Shown here one piece after another: positions 35,132-44,893 of a DNA stretch of 47,140 nt. The notes under the pieces were generated by a model that did not search any database, had not been told where the DNA came from, and saw only the letters and a list, made by a program, of their open reading frames with translations. The stretch spans positions 1 to 47,140 of the forward strand of contig DASTGC010000324.1 in assembly GCA_035719485.1 (NCBI GenBank), in the 5' to 3' direction. Numbering within the stretch: the stretch's first letter is position 1; every line of letters starts with the position of its first letter. A program made the position numbers and the translations under genes. The DNA comes from Novosphingobium sp. GTDB lineage: Bacteria; Pseudomonadota; Alphaproteobacteria; Sphingomonadales; Sphingomonadaceae.

Positions 35132-37168
35132 TTAGCGGGCGAGCGCCGGAAGTGTCTGAGGGGTAAGGACTTGCGGAAGGACCTGTGGCCCTCCCCCGCT
35201 GGCCGGATACCAGACATAAAGCGGCACGCCGGCTGCGCCCTGGCTTGCGAGATAGCGGGTAATCGCGGGGTCCCGCCGGGTCCAGTCGCCCCGCAGGACC
35301 ACGACACTGGCCCGGGCGAAGGCGATGCGGGTTTCCTCCCGCTCGATCGCCACGCTCTCGTTGACCTTGCAGGTCAGGCACCAGTCTGCCGTGAACCAGG
35401 CGAACACCGGCTTGCCCGACGCTCGGGCGGCGGCCAGTGCCGCTTCGGAAAAGGGGCGGCTCGGGATGACGCCGGCAAGGCTGGCCGGGCGATCGGTACT
35501 GGCCACAAGGGGCAGGGCCACCAGTGCGGCCAGCGCGGCCAGTATGGTGCCGAGCGCCAACCGCGCGGCCGGGCGACCGCGCTGTTGCTGTTGGCCGACC
35601 AGCCACAAAAGTGCGACGAGTGCGATGGCCAGAGCCGCGGCGAGCACGGCAAAGCTCGCTCCGCCGAGGCGCCAGGCCAGCCATGCGAGTGCCAAGGTGG
35701 TCAGGCCCATCGGGATGGCGAGGATCCGGCGCAGCGTGTTCATCCAGGGCCCCGGGCGGGGCAGCATGCGGCGCAGCGGCGGCAGGAGGGCTAGGGCGAG
35801 GAACGGCAGGGCCAGCCCGAGGCCGAGGGCGGCGAACAGGACCATGCCCTGGAATGTCGGTAGCAGGAGGGCCGCGCCCATGGCCGTCGCCATGAACGGC
35901 GCGGTGCAGGGCGTGGCGACGAAGGCGGCGAGCAGCCCGGTCGCAAAGGCGCCGTGGGTGCTGCCTTCCCGGGCGAAGGCGGGAACGGCGAATTCATATA
36001 GGCCGGCAAGATTGGCGGTGATCGCCGCTGCCAGTAACAGGAGGGCCGCGACGACCGCCGGCTCCTGCAGCTGGAATGCCCAGCCAACTTCATGCCCGGC
36101 CGCGCGCAGCCCGAGCAGCACGGCTCCGATCCCGAGGCAGGCGAGCACCACCCCGACGGTATAGGCGAGGCCCTCCCGCCGGGCCTCGGCGGCGCTTTCC
36201 CCGGCACGGGCCAGCGACAGGGCCTTGAGGCTGAGGATAGGGAAGACGCAGGGCATGACGTTGAGCAGCAGCCCGCCCGTAAGCGCGGCGAGCACCAGCA
36301 GGGCGAACTGCCCGGCCGTGGCGCCGCCGCCGGTCAGGGGGTCTCCGCCGGCAGAGACAGAGCTCGGACTAGCGGAGAATTCTACTCCGTTGCCCGCGTG
36401 GTCGAGCCGCAGCACTCCGGACAGCGATGTGGGCGCAGACGTTCCGGCGCGGGCGAGGGTCACCACCAGGAGGTCGCCCTGGCGACGGAATTCCTGCGGG
36501 GCGGCATAGGCGATCGCCTGTTCAGTCGATGGGAACAGGTGCGGCGCATCCAGTGCGAGGGTGCGCGGCAGGGGTATGCCGATGCGGATGGTCTTGCCGT
36601 CGACCTGGAAATGCGCGGGCGTACCGAGCGGGGCGGGGAGCCTAGCGCGCCAGGCATCGAAGCGCGGGTCGGGCGTTGCTGCGGGGCCGACGACCACCTC
36701 CGTGGCTAGCTCGGCCCTTTCGGGCACACAGACCTGGTCGGTGCAGGCCAGCCACTCGGCCTTGACCCGCAACGGCAGGCGGGTTCCGGGGGGCAGACCC
36801 GGTGGCAGCCGGAGGTCAGCCAGGAGCGCGTAGTCCTCCTCGAAAACATGGTTCATCAGTCCGGCGACCACCAGCGTGCGCGGGACCGGATAGCGCAGTG
36901 GCCCGACCGATGCGCCGGCGGGCAATGTCCACGCCAGCGTCATGCCGAAGCCCGCGTCGCCAGGATTGGACCAGTAGCCATGCCAGCCCTTTTCCGGGCG
37001 CATGAGAAAGGCGAGGGTGGCTGTTCCGCCTGCCGGGGCAGGGCCTTCGGCGAGCAACTGGGCTGCAATGTTGGTGGGCTCCGCATGCGCCGGATGCGCG
37101 ACGATGCTCGCCAGCAGGACCAGAGACAGCCACATCTTTGCAACCAAGCCGCGATAACAGAAGATCAT
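35132..37168 (-). CDS. dsbD: DsbD/ScsB-family thiol:disulfide interchange protein (start uncertain)
   Basis: GWHGYWSNPGDAG and CTDQVC N-domain; NVMPCVFP and ATPCTAPF TM cysteines; FTADWCLTCKVNE thioredoxin domain. Confidence 0.88.
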   Translation of the reverse strand: MIFCYRGLVAKMWLSLVLLASIVAHPAHAEPTNIAAQLLAEGPAPAGGTATLAFLMRPEKGWHGYWSNPGDAGFGMTLAWTLPAGASVGPLRYPVPRTLVVAGLMNHVFEEDYALLADLRLPPGLPPGTRLPLRVKAEWLACTDQVCVPERAELATEVVVGPAATPDPRFDAWRARLPAPLGTPAHFQVDGKTIRIGIPLPRTLALDAPHLFPSTEQAIAYAAPQEFRRQGDLLVVTLARAGTSAPTSLSGVLRLDHAGNGVEFSASPSSVSAGGDPLTGGGATAGQFALLVLAALTGGLLLNVMPCVFPILSLKALSLARAGESAAEARREGLAYTVGVVLACLGIGAVLLGLRAAGHEVGWAFQLQEPAVVAALLLLAAAITANLAGLYEFAVPAFAREGSTHGAFATGLLAAFVATPCTAPFMATAMGAALLLPTFQGMVLFAALGLGLALPFLALALLPPLRRMLPRPGPWMNTLRRILAIPMGLTTLALAWLAWRLGGASFAVLAAALAIALVALLWLVGQQQQRGRPAARLALGTILAALAALVALPLVASTDRPASLAGVIPSRPFSEAALAAARASGKPVFAWFTADWCLTCKVNESVAIEREETRIAFARASVVVLRGDWTRRDPAITRYLASQGAAGVPLYVWYPASGGGPQVLPQVLTPQTLPALAR

Positions 37169-37258
37169 GCGAGGAACAGCCCGGGCTTGCGCGGGGCCGC
37201 GCGGCCCGGCATCTCCGGCGTCACTGCCGGTTTGCCCGGCTCAATTCAAGGACCGATC

Positions 37259-38929
37259 ATGCGCCGTTCGCTCTCCGCCATGCTCTACGCCGCTGCGATG
37301 GTCCTTGCGCCGACCGCCCGCGCCGAACCGAATCCGGTCGCGCCCGCCGCTTCTTCGCCCGCGCCGGCCCCCGCCGCGCCGCACCTGATCGTGGCTATTG
37401 CGGTGGACCAGTTCTCGGCCGATCTCTTCGTCCAGTATCGCCAGCACTTTACTGGCGGACTCGCCCGTCTGCTCAAGGGCGCAGTCTTCCCCAGCGCCTA
37501 TCAGAGCCACGCGGCAACCGAGACCTGCCCGGGCCATTCGACCATCCTGACCGGCGACCATCCGGCGCGGACCGGGATCATCGCCAACATGTGGTTCGAT
37601 CCGGGCATCGCGCGGGCCGACAAGCGGATCTACTGCGCCGAGGATGAGCGCGATCCGGCCAGCACCTCGGGCCAGCCGGTGGTCTCTGCCGTCCACCTGA
37701 TGGTCCCCACGCTCGGCGAATGGATGAAGCGGGCCGATAGGCGCAGCCGCAATGTTGCCGTCTCGGCCAAGGACCGCGCGGTGATGATGATGGGGGGCCA
37801 CCAGATCGACGAGGCCTACTGGTACCTCAAGGGCCAGTTCGTCACCCTCAAGGGCCATTCGCTGGCCCCGGCGGCGGAGGGGGTCAACAGGGAACTGGCA
37901 GCGACGATATCCCGCGGCGCAGCGGTACTCCCCGCGCCGCCATGGTGCGCGGCGCGCGACCGGGCTGTGGCTGTGGGCCGGAGCACGGTGGGACAGGGCC
38001 GATTCGCCCTGCCGAAAGGCGATACCGATGCCTTCCGCGCTTCCCCCCGGATGGACGGGGCGACGCTGGACCTCGCGGCGTGGCTTGTCCGCGACATGGG
38101 GCTGGGCCGCGGCACGGCGCCGGACCTGCTCTCGATCAGCCTCTCGGCCACCGACTATATCGGCCACGCCTTCGGCAACGAGGGGCTCGAAATGTGCCTG
38201 CAGATGGCCCGGCTCGACGCGGGTCTGGGCGCCTTTTTTGCTCGCCTGGATTCAGCCCACCTCGACTATGCGGTGATGCTGACCGCCGACCACGGGGGAC
38301 TGGACCTGCCCGAGCGGCTGAACCAGCAGGCCTTGCCGGATGCTGAGCGGGTCGACCCGGCGCTCTCGCCGGGGGCGCTCGGCAAGGCGCTGGGCGCGCA
38401 GCTTGGCATCACCTCGGCCGGACCGCTGGTTTATGGCGACGGGCCGTTCGGCGATCTCTACCTCTCGCGCGCCATCCCCCCGGCGCAGCGCGAACGGGCG
38501 CTGGTCGTGCTGGCGACGCTTGTTTCCGCCCAGCCGCAGGTCGCCGCCGTTTTCGCAGGCGCCCAGCTGGCGCCAATGCCGCTGCCCGACGGCAACCCGC
38601 AGGACTGGAGCCTCAAGCAGCGCGCCCGCGCCAGCTTCGATCCGGCGCGCTCCGGCGATCTCGTCGTCCTGCTCAATCGCGGGGTGGTGCCTATCGCGCA
38701 GCCCGCGCCGGGCATCGTGGCCACCCACGGCAGCCCGTGGGACTATGACCGGCGGGTGCCGCTGCTATTCTGGCGCAAGGGCCTGGCCGGCTTCGAGCAG
38801 CCCGCGCCGGTGGAGACGGTCGACATCGCGCCGACCCTCGCCGCCCTGCTGGGGCTGAAGCTGCCGGCGGGGACCTTCGACGGGCGCTGTCTCGACCTGG
38901 ACGGCGGGGTGGGCGATACGTGCAGGTAG
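37259..38929 (+). CDS. Secreted alkaline phosphatase, PhoK/PafA type
   Basis: Signal peptide; AIAVDQF, TETCPGHSTILTG (Thr nucleophile), SAKDRA, TDYIGHAFG, TADHG, THGSPWDYDRRVP. Confidence 0.88.
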   Translation: MRRSLSAMLYAAAMVLAPTARAEPNPVAPAASSPAPAPAAPHLIVAIAVDQFSADLFVQYRQHFTGGLARLLKGAVFPSAYQSHAATETCPGHSTILTGDHPARTGIIANMWFDPGIARADKRIYCAEDERDPASTSGQPVVSAVHLMVPTLGEWMKRADRRSRNVAVSAKDRAVMMMGGHQIDEAYWYLKGQFVTLKGHSLAPAAEGVNRELAATISRGAAVLPAPPWCAARDRAVAVGRSTVGQGRFALPKGDTDAFRASPRMDGATLDLAAWLVRDMGLGRGTAPDLLSISLSATDYIGHAFGNEGLEMCLQMARLDAGLGAFFARLDSAHLDYAVMLTADHGGLDLPERLNQQALPDAERVDPALSPGALGKALGAQLGITSAGPLVYGDGPFGDLYLSRAIPPAQRERALVVLATLVSAQPQVAAVFAGAQLAPMPLPDGNPQDWSLKQRARASFDPARSGDLVVLLNRGVVPIAQPAPGIVATHGSPWDYDRRVPLLFWRKGLAGFEQPAPVETVDIAPTLAALLGLKLPAGTFDGRCLDLDGGVGDTCR

Positions 38930-38962
38930 CCAGCACCTGGCCGAGCGCGTAAGGCTTAGCCG

Positions 38963-40192
38963 ATGACACAGGATGCTCGGCAGCAGGACAAGCGCGATCT
39001 CGTGATCCTCGGCGGTGGGCTGGTCGGCATGACGCTGGCCCTCGCCGCTGCCCGCGAGGGGATTTCCAGCCACGTCGTGGAACGGGGCGATCCGGCGGAG
39101 CTGACTGCGGCGGGCGCCGATGGCCGCGCCTCGGCCGTCTCCACCGCGAGCTGGAACCTGTTCAGCAACATCGGGCTGGGTGAGCGGCTGGACAAGCTCG
39201 GCTGCCCGATCGACGCGATTGCCGTGACCGACCAGCTGAGGCCCGGCCGGATCGATTTCCGCCCCGAGCCGAACGAGGGCTCATTGGGCCGCATGTTCGC
39301 CAACCGCGATCTGCGCCTGGCCCTGTTCGAGGCAGCGCGGCAGGAACCGCGGATTGCCTGGCACACCGGCGCCGTGGTGGTGGCGCGTGAGCGCGGGCCG
39401 CACCTGGCCACCGTGACGCTTGCCGACGGGCAGGTGCTGACGGGCAGCGTCCTGGTCGCCGCGGAGGGCCGTCAGTCCCCCACCCGCGACGAGGCGGGGT
39501 TTGGGCTTGCCAGGTGGGACTACAAGCACAGGGCGATGGTCACCGCCCTGTGGCACGAAAAGCCGCATGAGAATGTTGCCTGGGAGATCTTCTTCCCGGC
39601 CGGTCCCTTCGCCCTGCTGCCGCTGCTGGACGAGAACAGCCGTCACCGCTCGGCACTTGTCTGGACCGTGGCGGAGGAGGATGCCGCCGGCTGGACCGGG
39701 CTGTCCGACCGGGCCTTTGCCGCCGAGGTGCAGAGCCGGGTCTCGGCGATCCTCGGCCGGGTGGAGCTGGCTGCGCCGCGAATGTCCTACCCGCTCAGTT
39801 TCCACCATGCGGGCCGGATCGTGGAAGACCGCCTCGTCCTGATCGGCGATGCCGCCCACGGCATGCACCCGATCGCCGGGCAGGGCCTGAACCTGGGCCT
39901 GCGCGATGTCGGCGTGCTGGTGGAGGTGCTGGTCGAAGGCATGCGGCTCGGGCTCGAGCCGGGCGACGCGCAGGTGCTGGCCCATTACGAGCGCTGGCGC
40001 AGCGTGGACACGCTGACGGTCATGGCGGCGACCGATGCGATCACCCGCCTCTTCGGGGTTCCTGGCAAACTACCGTCGCTGGTGCGCCGCGCCGGTATGG
40101 GCTTGGTCCAGCGCACGCCTGCGCTGAAGCGATTCTTCATGGACGAGGCGCGCGGAATGAGCGGGAAGTTGCCGGCCTTGTTGCAGGCTTAG
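38963..40192 (+). CDS. UbiH/UbiL/VisC-family FAD-dependent ubiquinone hydroxylase
   Basis: GGGLVG, DGRASA, GPFALLP, IGDAAHGMHPIAGQGLNLGLRD. Confidence 0.9.
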   Translation: MTQDARQQDKRDLVILGGGLVGMTLALAAAREGISSHVVERGDPAELTAAGADGRASAVSTASWNLFSNIGLGERLDKLGCPIDAIAVTDQLRPGRIDFRPEPNEGSLGRMFANRDLRLALFEAARQEPRIAWHTGAVVVARERGPHLATVTLADGQVLTGSVLVAAEGRQSPTRDEAGFGLARWDYKHRAMVTALWHEKPHENVAWEIFFPAGPFALLPLLDENSRHRSALVWTVAEEDAAGWTGLSDRAFAAEVQSRVSAILGRVELAAPRMSYPLSFHHAGRIVEDRLVLIGDAAHGMHPIAGQGLNLGLRDVGVLVEVLVEGMRLGLEPGDAQVLAHYERWRSVDTLTVMAATDAITRLFGVPGKLPSLVRRAGMGLVQRTPALKRFFMDEARGMSGKLPALLQA

Positions 40193-40206
40193 TCCGAGAG
40201 GCACAG

Positions 40207-40968
40207 ATGATTGATCTTTACGGTTCGGGCAGCCCGAACGTTCTCAAAGTAGCCATCATGCTGGAGGAACTGGGTCTTCCCTATCGGATGATCTACGTTC
40301 CCCCACACATCGGCGCCAATTACGATCCCGCATTCCTCGCTCTCAATCCTCTCGCCAAGGTCCCCGTCATCGTCGATCACGACGGAGCCGGTGCCGAACA
40401 GCCGATTTACGAGTCCGGAGCGATCCTGATCTATCTCGCGGAAACGTATCAATCGCCCTTGCTGCCTTCGTCCGGACCGGGGCGTTGGGAAGTGCTCAAG
40501 TGGCTGATGGTACAGATCGCGCTGGCCGGACCGATGCTTGGGCAGGTGAACCACTTCCAGCTCATGCCGAGCGAACAGAACGGCTACGGGTTGCGCCGGT
40601 TTCGCGATCAGGCGGCGCGGGTATATCGCAACGTCGATGACCGGCTGGTGAGCCTGCCATGGCTCGGTGGGGAGAGCTACTCGATCGCTGACATCGCGAT
40701 GTATCCATGGACCGGCTACCTGGAACGCCACGGCTTCAAGACGACCGAATTTCCGAGCCTGTCCACCTGGCGTGACCTGATCGACGAGCGTCCGGCCGTG
40801 AAGCGCGCCGTAAAGATGATCCAGACCACGATTGCTGCGGATCCGCGCTCGCAACAGCCCCCAACGGAGGAAGACACCGATCGTTTCTTCGCCCGCACGC
40901 AGCCCGGTCCCGCGGTCGATCTGCCCAGCTACTACGCGTTAGGACCGATGGTGAGCGCCAAGGCCTAG
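40207..40968 (+). CDS. Glutathione S-transferase, YfcG/Nu-class-like
   Basis: MIDLYGSGSPNVLKVAIMLEE, LNPLAKVPVIVD, YESGAILIYLAE, YSIADIAMYPW. Confidence 0.88.
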   Translation: MIDLYGSGSPNVLKVAIMLEELGLPYRMIYVPPHIGANYDPAFLALNPLAKVPVIVDHDGAGAEQPIYESGAILIYLAETYQSPLLPSSGPGRWEVLKWLMVQIALAGPMLGQVNHFQLMPSEQNGYGLRRFRDQAARVYRNVDDRLVSLPWLGGESYSIADIAMYPWTGYLERHGFKTTEFPSLSTWRDLIDERPAVKRAVKMIQTTIAADPRSQQPPTEEDTDRFFARTQPGPAVDLPSYYALGPMVSAKA

Positions 40969-41108
40969 GCGGACGTTCGAGCCACGCGGGAGGAGCAGGA
41001 AATTATCGGCGCCGTTCCCGGCTTAAGGCAAATGCAGGGTTGTTAGAGACGGGCCTGTCCCGCCGCAGCAGCAACGGTGCCAGGAACAGGCTAGTGGAAC
41101 ATGCACCG

Positions 41109-41162
41109 GTTCGCCCTGAGGAGACGGTGAGGCCAACCGGCGGAACTGCCGTCCCGAAGGGC
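41109..41162. repeat. Intergenic stem-loop, possibly a second REP-type family
   Basis: gccct-gag-gagacggt...gccgtccc-ga-agggc folds back; lies between convergent GST and atm1. Confidence 0.4.
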
Positions 41163-42982
41163 TATTCCGCCGCCTCGCTCAATTCCTCTTTCTCCGCCGC
41201 CTGACGCAGCCACATCTCAGCGTAGAGGCCGTCGCGGCGCAGCAGGTCGGTGTGGGTGCCGTGTTCGGCCAGCTCGCCCTGGTCGAGCACGAAGATCGTA
41301 TCGGCGTCGGCAATGGTGGAGAGGCGGTGGGCGATCGAGATGGTCGTGCGGTTTTCGGCCACGGCGTGGAGGGTGGCGAGGATTTCCTGCTCGGTGCGGG
41401 TGTCAAGCGCTGAAGTCGCCTCGTCCAGCAGGAGAATCGGCGGATTCTTGACGAGGGTGCGGGCGATGGCCACCCGCTGCTTCTCGCCGCCGGAAAGCTT
41501 CAGTCCGCGCTCGCCCACTTCGGTTTCGAAGCGCTTGGGGAGGCGATCTATCAGGCTGGTCAGCGCTGCGGCATGAGCGGCGGCTGCGACGTCTTCGGCA
41601 GTGGCTTCGTCGCGGCCATAGGCAATGTTGTAGCCAATCGTCTCGTTGAACAGGACCGAATCCTGCGGGACGATCCCGATCGCCGCCCGTAGCGATTGCT
41701 GGGTGACGGACTTGATATCCTGCCCGTCGATCAGGATGCGTCCTGAGACCGGATCGTAGAAGCGGAACAGCAGGCGGCCGATGGTGCTCTTACCCGCGCC
41801 CGAAGGGCCGACGATGGCAACCTGCCGTCCGGCAGGGATCTCCAGGCTGAGCCCGTGGAGTATGGTGCGGTCGGGCTCGTAGCCGAACACGACATCATCG
41901 AACACGACGGCAGGTCGGCGCACGACCAGCGCGGGGGCACCCGGGGCGTCGGCCACTTCCTGAGGCTCGTCGATCAGCTTGAACATGGCGGCCATGTCGA
42001 TCAGCCCCTGGCGGATCGTGCGGTAAACCATGCCGAGCATGTCCAATGGGCGGAACAGCTGGGTGAGATAGGTCTGGACGAAGACCAGCTGGCCGGCGGA
42101 ATACTTGCCCTGGCTCCAGCCCCAGACCGTCCATGCGAGCGCGCCGGCCATGAGCAGGTTGATCACCAGCGCCTGGGCGATGTTGAGCAGGCCGAGGCTA
42201 TTTTCGCTCTTCACCGCGGCATCGGCATAGGCGCGGGTAGCCTGGGCATAGCGGGCCTCCTCGCGCGCCTCGGCGACGAAGTATTTGACCGTTTCATAAT
42301 TGAGCAGGCTGTCCACCGCGCGGGCGAGGGCCTGGCCATCGAGCCGGTTCATCCGTTCGCGCAGGTGCGTGCGCCATTCGGTGATGGCCCGCGTGATCCA
42401 GATGTAGGCGGCCACGGCGAGGGCGGTCGCGGCGACCAGACCCCAGCCGAAATTCAGGTAGAAGATCACCGCAACGATGCCGAGCTGGAGCACTGTCGGC
42501 GCGATGTTGAACAGCATGAAATAGAGCATCGTGTCGATGGACTTCGTCCCGCGCTCGATCACCTTGGTGACCTCGCCGGTGCGTCGCGCGAGGTGGAAGC
42601 GCATCGACAGCTTGTGCAGCCGCGCGAAGACGTTCTCCGCCAGTGCGCGGGTGGCGTCCTGGCCGACCCGTTCGAACACGATGTTCCTGAGGTTGTCGAA
42701 GCCGGTGCCGAGGAAGCGGCCCGCCGAATAGCCGAGCACCATCAGCAGGACGAGCGCGGGCAGGCGCGGACCGGTGATGTTCATCGCGTCGATCGCCCAC
42801 TTGAGCAGGTAGGGCAGCGAGAGCTGCACCGCGGTCGACGCGAGGATCAGCAGAGAGGAGATGACAATGCGCCAGCGCAGCGCCGGATTATCCGCCGGCC
42901 AGAGATAGGGGAGGAACCGGCTGAGCGTGTTCCAGCCGTCGTGACGGGCATCGGGGCTGTTGATGGCGTTATCGGGTGGCAT
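41162..42982 (-). CDS. atm1: ATM1-type ABCB exporter (glutathione/heavy metal)
   Basis: N-terminus DARHDGWNTLSRFLPYLWPADN resembles Novosphingobium Atm1; FHLARRTG, DSLLNYETVKYF, GPSGAGKS, LSGGEKQR, LDEATSALD. Confidence 0.93.
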   Translation of the reverse strand: MPPDNAINSPDARHDGWNTLSRFLPYLWPADNPALRWRIVISSLLILASTAVQLSLPYLLKWAIDAMNITGPRLPALVLLMVLGYSAGRFLGTGFDNLRNIVFERVGQDATRALAENVFARLHKLSMRFHLARRTGEVTKVIERGTKSIDTMLYFMLFNIAPTVLQLGIVAVIFYLNFGWGLVAATALAVAAYIWITRAITEWRTHLRERMNRLDGQALARAVDSLLNYETVKYFVAEAREEARYAQATRAYADAAVKSENSLGLLNIAQALVINLLMAGALAWTVWGWSQGKYSAGQLVFVQTYLTQLFRPLDMLGMVYRTIRQGLIDMAAMFKLIDEPQEVADAPGAPALVVRRPAVVFDDVVFGYEPDRTILHGLSLEIPAGRQVAIVGPSGAGKSTIGRLLFRFYDPVSGRILIDGQDIKSVTQQSLRAAIGIVPQDSVLFNETIGYNIAYGRDEATAEDVAAAAHAAALTSLIDRLPKRFETEVGERGLKLSGGEKQRVAIARTLVKNPPILLLDEATSALDTRTEQEILATLHAVAENRTTISIAHRLSTIADADTIFVLDQGELAEHGTHTDLLRRDGLYAEMWLRQAAEKEELSEAAE

Positions 42983-43083
42983 GCAGTGCCTATGTAGGCG
43001 CCCTGCCGCAAATGGAAAGCGCGGGGGGCGGCGCGCGGCGGGCGCTTTGTCTTTCCTTAAGGCGCGGCTGCTAGGCGGGCGGG

Positions 43084-44004
43084 ATGGAACCCCTGCCGAA
43101 ACGCGCGCTCCGCAGGCTGCGGGAGCACCGGTTCAACGCCGCCGCGCGCGCCGTCCGCGCGACGTCGCCGGTGATCGCGCGCGACGACGGGGTGGTGATC
43201 TTCTCGATGATCGGGACCCGCGTGGTCGATTCCTACCTGATCGCAGCCAAGTCGTTCCATGCGCGGCTGGGGCGCGGGCGCTTCGTCATACTTGACGACG
43301 GCACGCTGACCGCGGCCGAAAAGGCGCTGCTGGCGGACCAGCTCGACGATCCCGAAATCCGGCACATCGCACAGGTGGATCCCGGAGATTGCCCGCGCGG
43401 GGGATGCTGGGAGCGGCTGCTGACCCTGCTCGAGTTGCGACGCCAGGCCTATGTGATCCAGCTCGATTCCGACACGGTTACACTTGGCCTGGTGGACGAG
43501 GTAGCAGGCGCCATCGCGGCGGGGCGCAACTTTACCCTGCGAGGCGACGAGCGTTCGCAATGGCAAGTGGCCAAGGCCTTTGCCCGGGCGCCGGGGGAGG
43601 TGGGCTCCGATGCCCACGTGCAGGCCCGGATCGAGGCGGTGATGGACCGGATCGACGCGGGACTGCCGCGCCCGCTGCACTATGTTCGCGGCTGCGCCGG
43701 ATTTGCCGGCTTCGCGCGCGGCGGGCTGGGGCGGGAGGTTGCCGATGCCTTCAGCCGCGAGGCGCGAGCCATGCTGGGCGCGGCAACCTGGGGGCAATGG
43801 GGCAGCGAGCAGGTCATGTCCAACGTGATCGTCGCCAACGAGGGCGAGCCGCTGCTGCTGCCCTATGAGCGCTACTGCAACTACTGGGGCGAGCCCGGCG
43901 TCGACGGGGCGGCGCTGGTCCATTTCCTCGGTACCTGCCGGTTCGAGCGGGGCATCTATCTCGCCTCCGCCCGGAGCGCGATCGCGGCACTGGCGGGCGG
44001 CTGA
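43084..44004 (+). CDS. Hypothetical protein, probable GT-A fold glycosyltransferase
   Basis: FVILDDG, YVIQLDSDT (DxD), SEQVMSN, LVHFLG; next to glycosyltransferases and a flippase. Confidence 0.55.
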   Translation: MEPLPKRALRRLREHRFNAAARAVRATSPVIARDDGVVIFSMIGTRVVDSYLIAAKSFHARLGRGRFVILDDGTLTAAEKALLADQLDDPEIRHIAQVDPGDCPRGGCWERLLTLLELRRQAYVIQLDSDTVTLGLVDEVAGAIAAGRNFTLRGDERSQWQVAKAFARAPGEVGSDAHVQARIEAVMDRIDAGLPRPLHYVRGCAGFAGFARGGLGREVADAFSREARAMLGAATWGQWGSEQVMSNVIVANEGEPLLLPYERYCNYWGEPGVDGAALVHFLGTCRFERGIYLASARSAIAALAGG

Positions 44005-44005
44005 C

Positions 44006-44893
44006 ATGCGTATCGACGTGGTGCTGCGGACCTGCAATCGCCGCGCGATGCTGGGCGATGCCGTGGCCTCGTTCTTCGCCGCGGATCATGCCGGAGTCGA
44101 GGCACGGTTGCTCGTGGTCGACAACAACTCGACTGACGGAACCCAGGAATTGCTGGCGGAGCTTGCCGCGCGGCATGGAGCGCGGCTGGTGCCGCTGGCG
44201 GAGCGCCGTCCGGGCGGCCAGCACGCGCTCAATCGCGGCATCGCGGAGTCGAGCGCGCCGGTGGTGGCGTTCTTCGACGACGACGAGCGGATCGCAACTG
44301 GCTGGCTACAGGCGATCCGCACCGAATTTGCCGAGACGGCGACCGACTATATCGCCGGGCCAGTGCGCCCGGCCGACGGCTTTGTCGTGCCGGAGTGGGT
44401 GCCGGCGGGCTTCGGCGGCGTGCTCGGCATCATTGACAGTAGCCCGATGCGGCGCGCATTCGAACCTGGCTTCGCAGCGATGTTGACCCAAGGCAATTGC
44501 GCCTTGCGCCGGTCGGTTCTGGCAGAGGCGGGCCCCTATCCCGATGACCTGCCGACGGCAGAGGACCGCTGGCTCAACCAGTGGCTCATCGATCACGGCA
44601 AGCGCGGCTTCTATTGCCCGGAGCTGGCGGTGGAACACGCGATGCAGCCGGCCCGGGTCACGCCGGGCTATTTCCGCCGCTGGGCCGCGCGCGAGGGCCG
44701 AGACCTGTTTGTCTGCGACCGTCTGGCGGGACGGCCCGCTCCGTTCCGCAAGGCCTGGTACTGGCGCCAGCTAGTCGGAGCGGCGGGTGACTGGCTGCGG
44801 CCGGGCACGTCCAAGGCTCGGCGCCTGCAGGGCGAACTGTCGTTGCGGGTTGCCCACTCCTACCTGTCGGCGGCCTGGGCGGCGCGGCGCTGA
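44006..44893 (+). CDS. Glycosyltransferase family 2
   Basis: MRIDVVLRTCNR, LVVDNNSTDGT, ALNRG, AFFDDD, AED. Confidence 0.9.
   Translation: MRIDVVLRTCNRRAMLGDAVASFFAADHAGVEARLLVVDNNSTDGTQELLAELAARHGARLVPLAERRPGGQHALNRGIAESSAPVVAFFDDDERIATGWLQAIRTEFAETATDYIAGPVRPADGFVVPEWVPAGFGGVLGIIDSSPMRRAFEPGFAAMLTQGNCALRRSVLAEAGPYPDDLPTAEDRWLNQWLIDHGKRGFYCPELAVEHAMQPARVTPGYFRRWAAREGRDLFVCDRLAGRPAPFRKAWYWRQLVGAAGDWLRPGTSKARRLQGELSLRVAHSYLSAAWAARR

Noticed and set aside
37169-37258. Pho box upstream of the alkaline phosphatase
   Set aside because: No tandem CTGTCAT-like 11-bp repeats visible.
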